Shown here in pieces: positions 30,752 to 34,074 of a DNA stretch of 34,074 nt (positions are counted from its first letter, which is position 1; each line of letters starts with the position of its first letter). A program made the position numbers and the translations under genes. The DNA comes from Dehalococcoidia bacterium. GTDB lineage: Bacteria > Chloroflexota > Dehalococcoidia > DSTF01 > RBG-16-68-14. The stretch lies in contig JBBEBM010000028.1 in the NCBI GenBank assembly GCA_040882355.1, positions 1-34,074 on the forward strand, read 5' to 3'. A model generated the notes under the pieces. It did not search any database and was not told the origin of the DNA. It was given only the letters and a program-made list of their open reading frames with translations.

Positions 30752-31096
30752 GTGCTGAACGGGCCCCTCAAGCTGGTGATCATCATCGCCTCGGACTCTG
30801 ACGCCGAGCGGTTGATGAAGAAGCTGGTCGAACAGGGCTACCCGGCGACGAAGATCAGCAGCACGGGTGGCTTCCTCCGTCGTGGCAGCGCCACGATCCT
30901 CTCGGGCGTTGAGGCGGTCGAAGTCGATCCGGTCTTGACGATGGTGCGCGAAGAGTGCCACGCCCGCACCGAGTACGTTCCAGTTCAGACGCTGCCGTTT
31001 TTCAGCGAAGGCGCCGCGGTCGCGGAGCCCGTCGAGGTGCGCGTTGGCGGCGCTATCGTTTTTGTCGTTGACGTGGAGCGGTTCGAGAAGACTTAG
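30752..31096 (+). CDS. Cyclic-di-AMP receptor, PII-like (DarA/PstA family)
   Basis: KLVIII..D.D, ATKISSTGGFLRRG..T.L.GVE, EVRVGGAIVFVVDVERFEK; start revised to GTG 30752. Confidence 0.92.
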   Translation: MLNGPLKLVIIIASDSDAERLMKKLVEQGYPATKISSTGGFLRRGSATILSGVEAVEVDPVLTMVREECHARTEYVPVQTLPFFSEGAAVAEPVEVRVGGAIVFVVDVERFEKT

Positions 31097-32444
31097 GCGT
31101 CGCGAAGAGCGAGCAGAAGAGCTGCACGAAGTCCGTATCGAGTTGCGTGCCCGCGCCGCCCAGCAGGACCTGCTGCGCATCTTCCGCGGACAGCGCCCGC
31201 CGGTACGGGCGGGGTGACGTCAGCGCGACGTACGTGTCGGCGAGCGCGATGATCCGTCCCTCAAGGGGGATCGTGTCGTCCTCTTCCATCTCCGGGTAGC
31301 CCTTGCCGTCCGGCCGCTCGTGGTGGGCGCCTACCCAGCGGGCGACGTCCTCCAGGCCCGGCAGCGCTTCGATCACCATCTCCGAGTATGTCGGGTGCTG
31401 GCGCATCGCCTGCATCTCGGTCAGCGAGAGGATGTCCGGCTTGGCGATGATCCGCGCAGGCACGCCGAGCAGGCCCACGTCGTGCACCAACGCCGCGAAG
31501 CGCAGCAGCTCGCGGCGCTCGTCGCTGAAGCCCAGCCCCGTGGCAAGTTGCACCGCTAGCTCCGCCGTTCGTCGGCCGTGGCTTCCTGTGTGCTCTCCCT
31601 TTGCATCGGCCAGGTCCGCGAAGACGGACGCGAACGTCTCTAGGTCGGCCGGGCTCGGCTGGCGGCGCTCCGGCGGGCAGGCGGCGCCAAGATGGCGAAG
31701 GAGTTCGTCGTGGTAAAGGCCCAGCCAGAAGCCGTCGCTGCGAGCTAGCTGGCGGCCCTGGTGCACGAGATCGGGGTCGAGCGACTTGCCGACCTGCTCG
31801 CTGAGCGCGGCGAGCAGGTTGCGACGCGCTGCGAGCGCGTTGCCTTCGCCGACGATCAGCGCCTCGATCAGGTCGGCGGCGCCGACGATCCGTCCGGCGA
31901 TCGGGATCGCCTTCGCCTTCAGCGCCTTCGGATAGCCGCGCCCGTCGCCGCGCTCGTGGTGTGTCGCGATCGCCTCTTGCACAGCGTCGTCGAAGCCGAG
32001 AGAGCGCGCCACGTCCGCGCCGCGTTGCGGGTGCGCCCGGAGCGCCTCGACGATTGCCGTGGCGTTCGTCGGCGCCACGTCCATTCCGAGCTGCTGCGGC
32101 GACTTCTCGGCGGCGGTGCGGAAGATCGCCTCCTCACCCAGGTTCGTCAGGCGGCACAGCTCGGCGGTGGCCGGCGAAGCGCCGGCGTCGTGCAGCAGCG
32201 CCGCATAGAAGACCGTGCGTTGCTCCTCCACCGGCAGGTCCAGCGCTTGCCCCAGACTGAGGGCGATATAGCAGATCCGGGCCGCATGCCCGGGCTGATG
32301 CCCCTCGGCGAGATCGAGCGCCTGGGAGAAGGCGACAGCGAGCTCGGCGCGCGTGGGCGCCGGTAGTAGCTGGGGCTGCGACGCCGACCGGCGGCCGGGC
32401 GCTGCAGCGCGGGATGCGGACGGTGAGCTTGTGGTGGACGCCAC
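31053..32444 (-). CDS. Tandem HD-GYP domain phosphohydrolase
   Basis: LHDAG...HHERGDGRGYP and VHDVG...HHERPDGKGYP...RPYR; RBS aggagg. Confidence 0.93.
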   Translation of the reverse strand: MASTTSSPSASRAAAPGRRSASQPQLLPAPTRAELAVAFSQALDLAEGHQPGHAARICYIALSLGQALDLPVEEQRTVFYAALLHDAGASPATAELCRLTNLGEEAIFRTAAEKSPQQLGMDVAPTNATAIVEALRAHPQRGADVARSLGFDDAVQEAIATHHERGDGRGYPKALKAKAIPIAGRIVGAADLIEALIVGEGNALAARRNLLAALSEQVGKSLDPDLVHQGRQLARSDGFWLGLYHDELLRHLGAACPPERRQPSPADLETFASVFADLADAKGEHTGSHGRRTAELAVQLATGLGFSDERRELLRFAALVHDVGLLGVPARIIAKPDILSLTEMQAMRQHPTYSEMVIEALPGLEDVARWVGAHHERPDGKGYPEMEEDDTIPLEGRIIALADTYVALTSPRPYRRALSAEDAQQVLLGGAGTQLDTDFVQLFCSLFATPKSSRTAPRQRQKR

Positions 32445-32591
32445 GTATGTTCCCCTCCTGGCAGGCCGTATGAACCCTCGAAGGGAGTATCGGCCTCGAA
32501 GGGGCGTCGGTGTAGCTTGCGTGGGTAGGGGGAAGCGGCAATAGTGGGCCGCTCAGCACCTAGGGCAGGGCCGTCTCGGCGTTTGACCTCG

Positions 32592-34073
32592 CTATGAGGC
32601 GATGAAGAGGGGCGCCAGGACCAGCGTAATCGTCGCGAGCAGCTTGATCAGCACGTGCAGCGATGGGCCGGCCGTATCCTTGAACGGGTCGCCGATGGTA
32701 TCGCCCACGACGGCGGCTTTGTGGGCCTCGCTCCCTTTGCCCAGCACGTTGCCCTGCTCGTCCTTCAGCTCGCCGGACTCGATGTACTTCTTGGCGTTGT
32801 CCCAAGCGCCGCCGCCGTTATTGAGCACCGTGGCCAGCAGGATGCCGCCGATGGTGCCCACCATGAGCAGCCCGGCAACGGCCAGCCAGCCGCCCGAGTC
32901 CTCGAGGCCCAGGTAGGTCGTGTTGGTCGTGAATCGGAAGATCAGCCCGACGGCCACTGGCATGCCGACTGCCAGGATGCCAGGCGCCACCATCTCGCGC
33001 AGCGCTGCGCGCGCTGTGATGTCGACCGCGCGACCATAGTCCGGCCGCGATGTCCCGGCCATGATGCCCGGGTCCTCGCGGAACTGGCGCCTGACCTCCT
33101 CGATGATGGTGCCCGCGGCGTTGCCGACCGCGCGGATGGCGAGCGAGCTGAAGAGGAATACGAGCATGACGCCGAGCAGCCCGCCGACGAAGACGTCGAC
33201 GTTGGCGAGGTCTATCGGCAACTCGTCCGTGAGCGGGATCCCTAGCCGTTCCTTGACCTTGTCCAGGTACGCGCTGAAGAGCAGGAACGCGGCAAGGCCC
33301 GCTGAGGCCACCGCGTAGCCCTTGGTGAGCGCCTTGGTAGTGTTGCCCACGGCGTCCAGCTTGTCGGTGATCTCGCGGGCGCTCTCGGGCGCGCCGGACA
33401 TCTCCGTAATGCCGCCGGCGTTGTCCGTGATCGGCCCGAAGGTGTCCATCGCCAGAATGTAGGCGGCCGACATCAGCATGCCCATCGTCGCAACGGCAGT
33501 GCCGAAGATGCCCGTCGTGAACGAGGGGATCGCGTCGTCGATCTCCGCCTGCGAGCCGAGCGCAAACGCTGAGACGATCGCGAGGCCGATCGTGATCGCC
33601 GTCATCGCGGTCGTCTCGAAGCCGACGGCCGTGCCGATGATCACGTTCGTCGCAGGGCCCGTGCGCGAAGCCTCCGCGATCTCTTTCACGGGTCGCCAGG
33701 TGCCGGCGGTGTAGTACTGGGTGATGTAGACGAACGCGATGCCCGTCGCGATGCCGACGAGGCCGCAGAAGAAGAACCAGTACCACTCGTCTCCGAGCAT
33801 GACTTTGGTGGCGATGAACAGCCCGACCACAGACAGGGCCGAGACGATGTAATAGCCGAAGTTCAGGGGCTGCATCGGGTCTTGCTTGCTCTTCGGGTCG
33901 GCGCTGGTGAAGTAGGGGACAGAGATCAAACCGGCCATGGTGGCAAGGATCCCGAACGAGCGCAGCACCAGCGGGAACATGATCCACTCGATGCGGCCGG
34001 TGACGGTATAGATGGCGATGCCCAGGATCATCGCGCCGATGTTCTCCGCCGACATCGACTCGAACAGGTCGGC
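32592..34073 (-). CDS. hppA: Membrane-bound H+-translocating pyrophosphatase, K+-independent signature (5' truncated)
   Basis: ADLFES, GPITDNAGG, GNTTKALTKG, GGAWDNAKK, GDTIGDPFKDTAGPS. Confidence 0.96.
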   Translation of the reverse strand, partial: ADLFESMSAENIGAMILGIAIYTVTGRIEWIMFPLVLRSFGILATMAGLISVPYFTSADPKSKQDPMQPLNFGYYIVSALSVVGLFIATKVMLGDEWYWFFFCGLVGIATGIAFVYITQYYTAGTWRPVKEIAEASRTGPATNVIIGTAVGFETTAMTAITIGLAIVSAFALGSQAEIDDAIPSFTTGIFGTAVATMGMLMSAAYILAMDTFGPITDNAGGITEMSGAPESAREITDKLDAVGNTTKALTKGYAVASAGLAAFLLFSAYLDKVKERLGIPLTDELPIDLANVDVFVGGLLGVMLVFLFSSLAIRAVGNAAGTIIEEVRRQFREDPGIMAGTSRPDYGRAVDITARAALREMVAPGILAVGMPVAVGLIFRFTTNTTYLGLEDSGGWLAVAGLLMVGTIGGILLATVLNNGGGAWDNAKKYIESGELKDEQGNVLGKGSEAHKAAVVGDTIGDPFKDTAGPSLHVLIKLLATITLVLAPLFIAS

Positions 34074-34074
34074 G

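Overview
High-GC bacterial chromosomal segment; gene content and protein styles suggest Chloroflexota/Dehalococcoidia (inference). In order: (1) end of the alpha ribosomal operon (rpsK', rpsD, rpoA, rplQ, truA, rplM, rpsI); (2) a minus-strand SAM-cycle operon headed by a sigma70 promoter and a SAM-I riboswitch (mtnA, mtnP, GNAT, DJ-1/PfpI, ahcY, metK, a 40-aa RAYT-transposase-like relic, NTP-transferase, PGI/PMI, and a membrane protein with a CDP-alcohol-phosphotransferase-like aspartate pattern); (3) an rdgB-moaA-Nudix-phosphotransferase-DUF6883/DUF4926-moaC run; (4) CBS, YbaK, amidohydrolase, a TM0106-like RecB/RNaseH-fold nuclease and an orphan gene; (5) an Ile T-box followed by a methyltransferase and ileS (GVHH/EMHKS motifs, in-frame palindrome insertion); (6) a zinc-ribbon gene with an attenuator-like leader, an unannotated YtxH-like small protein, a c-di-AMP receptor, a tandem HD-GYP protein and a partial K+-independent H+-PPase. 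Several REP-like palindrome families are dispersed through the window and several genes look leaderless. All calls are from motif recognition by eye; no searches were run.
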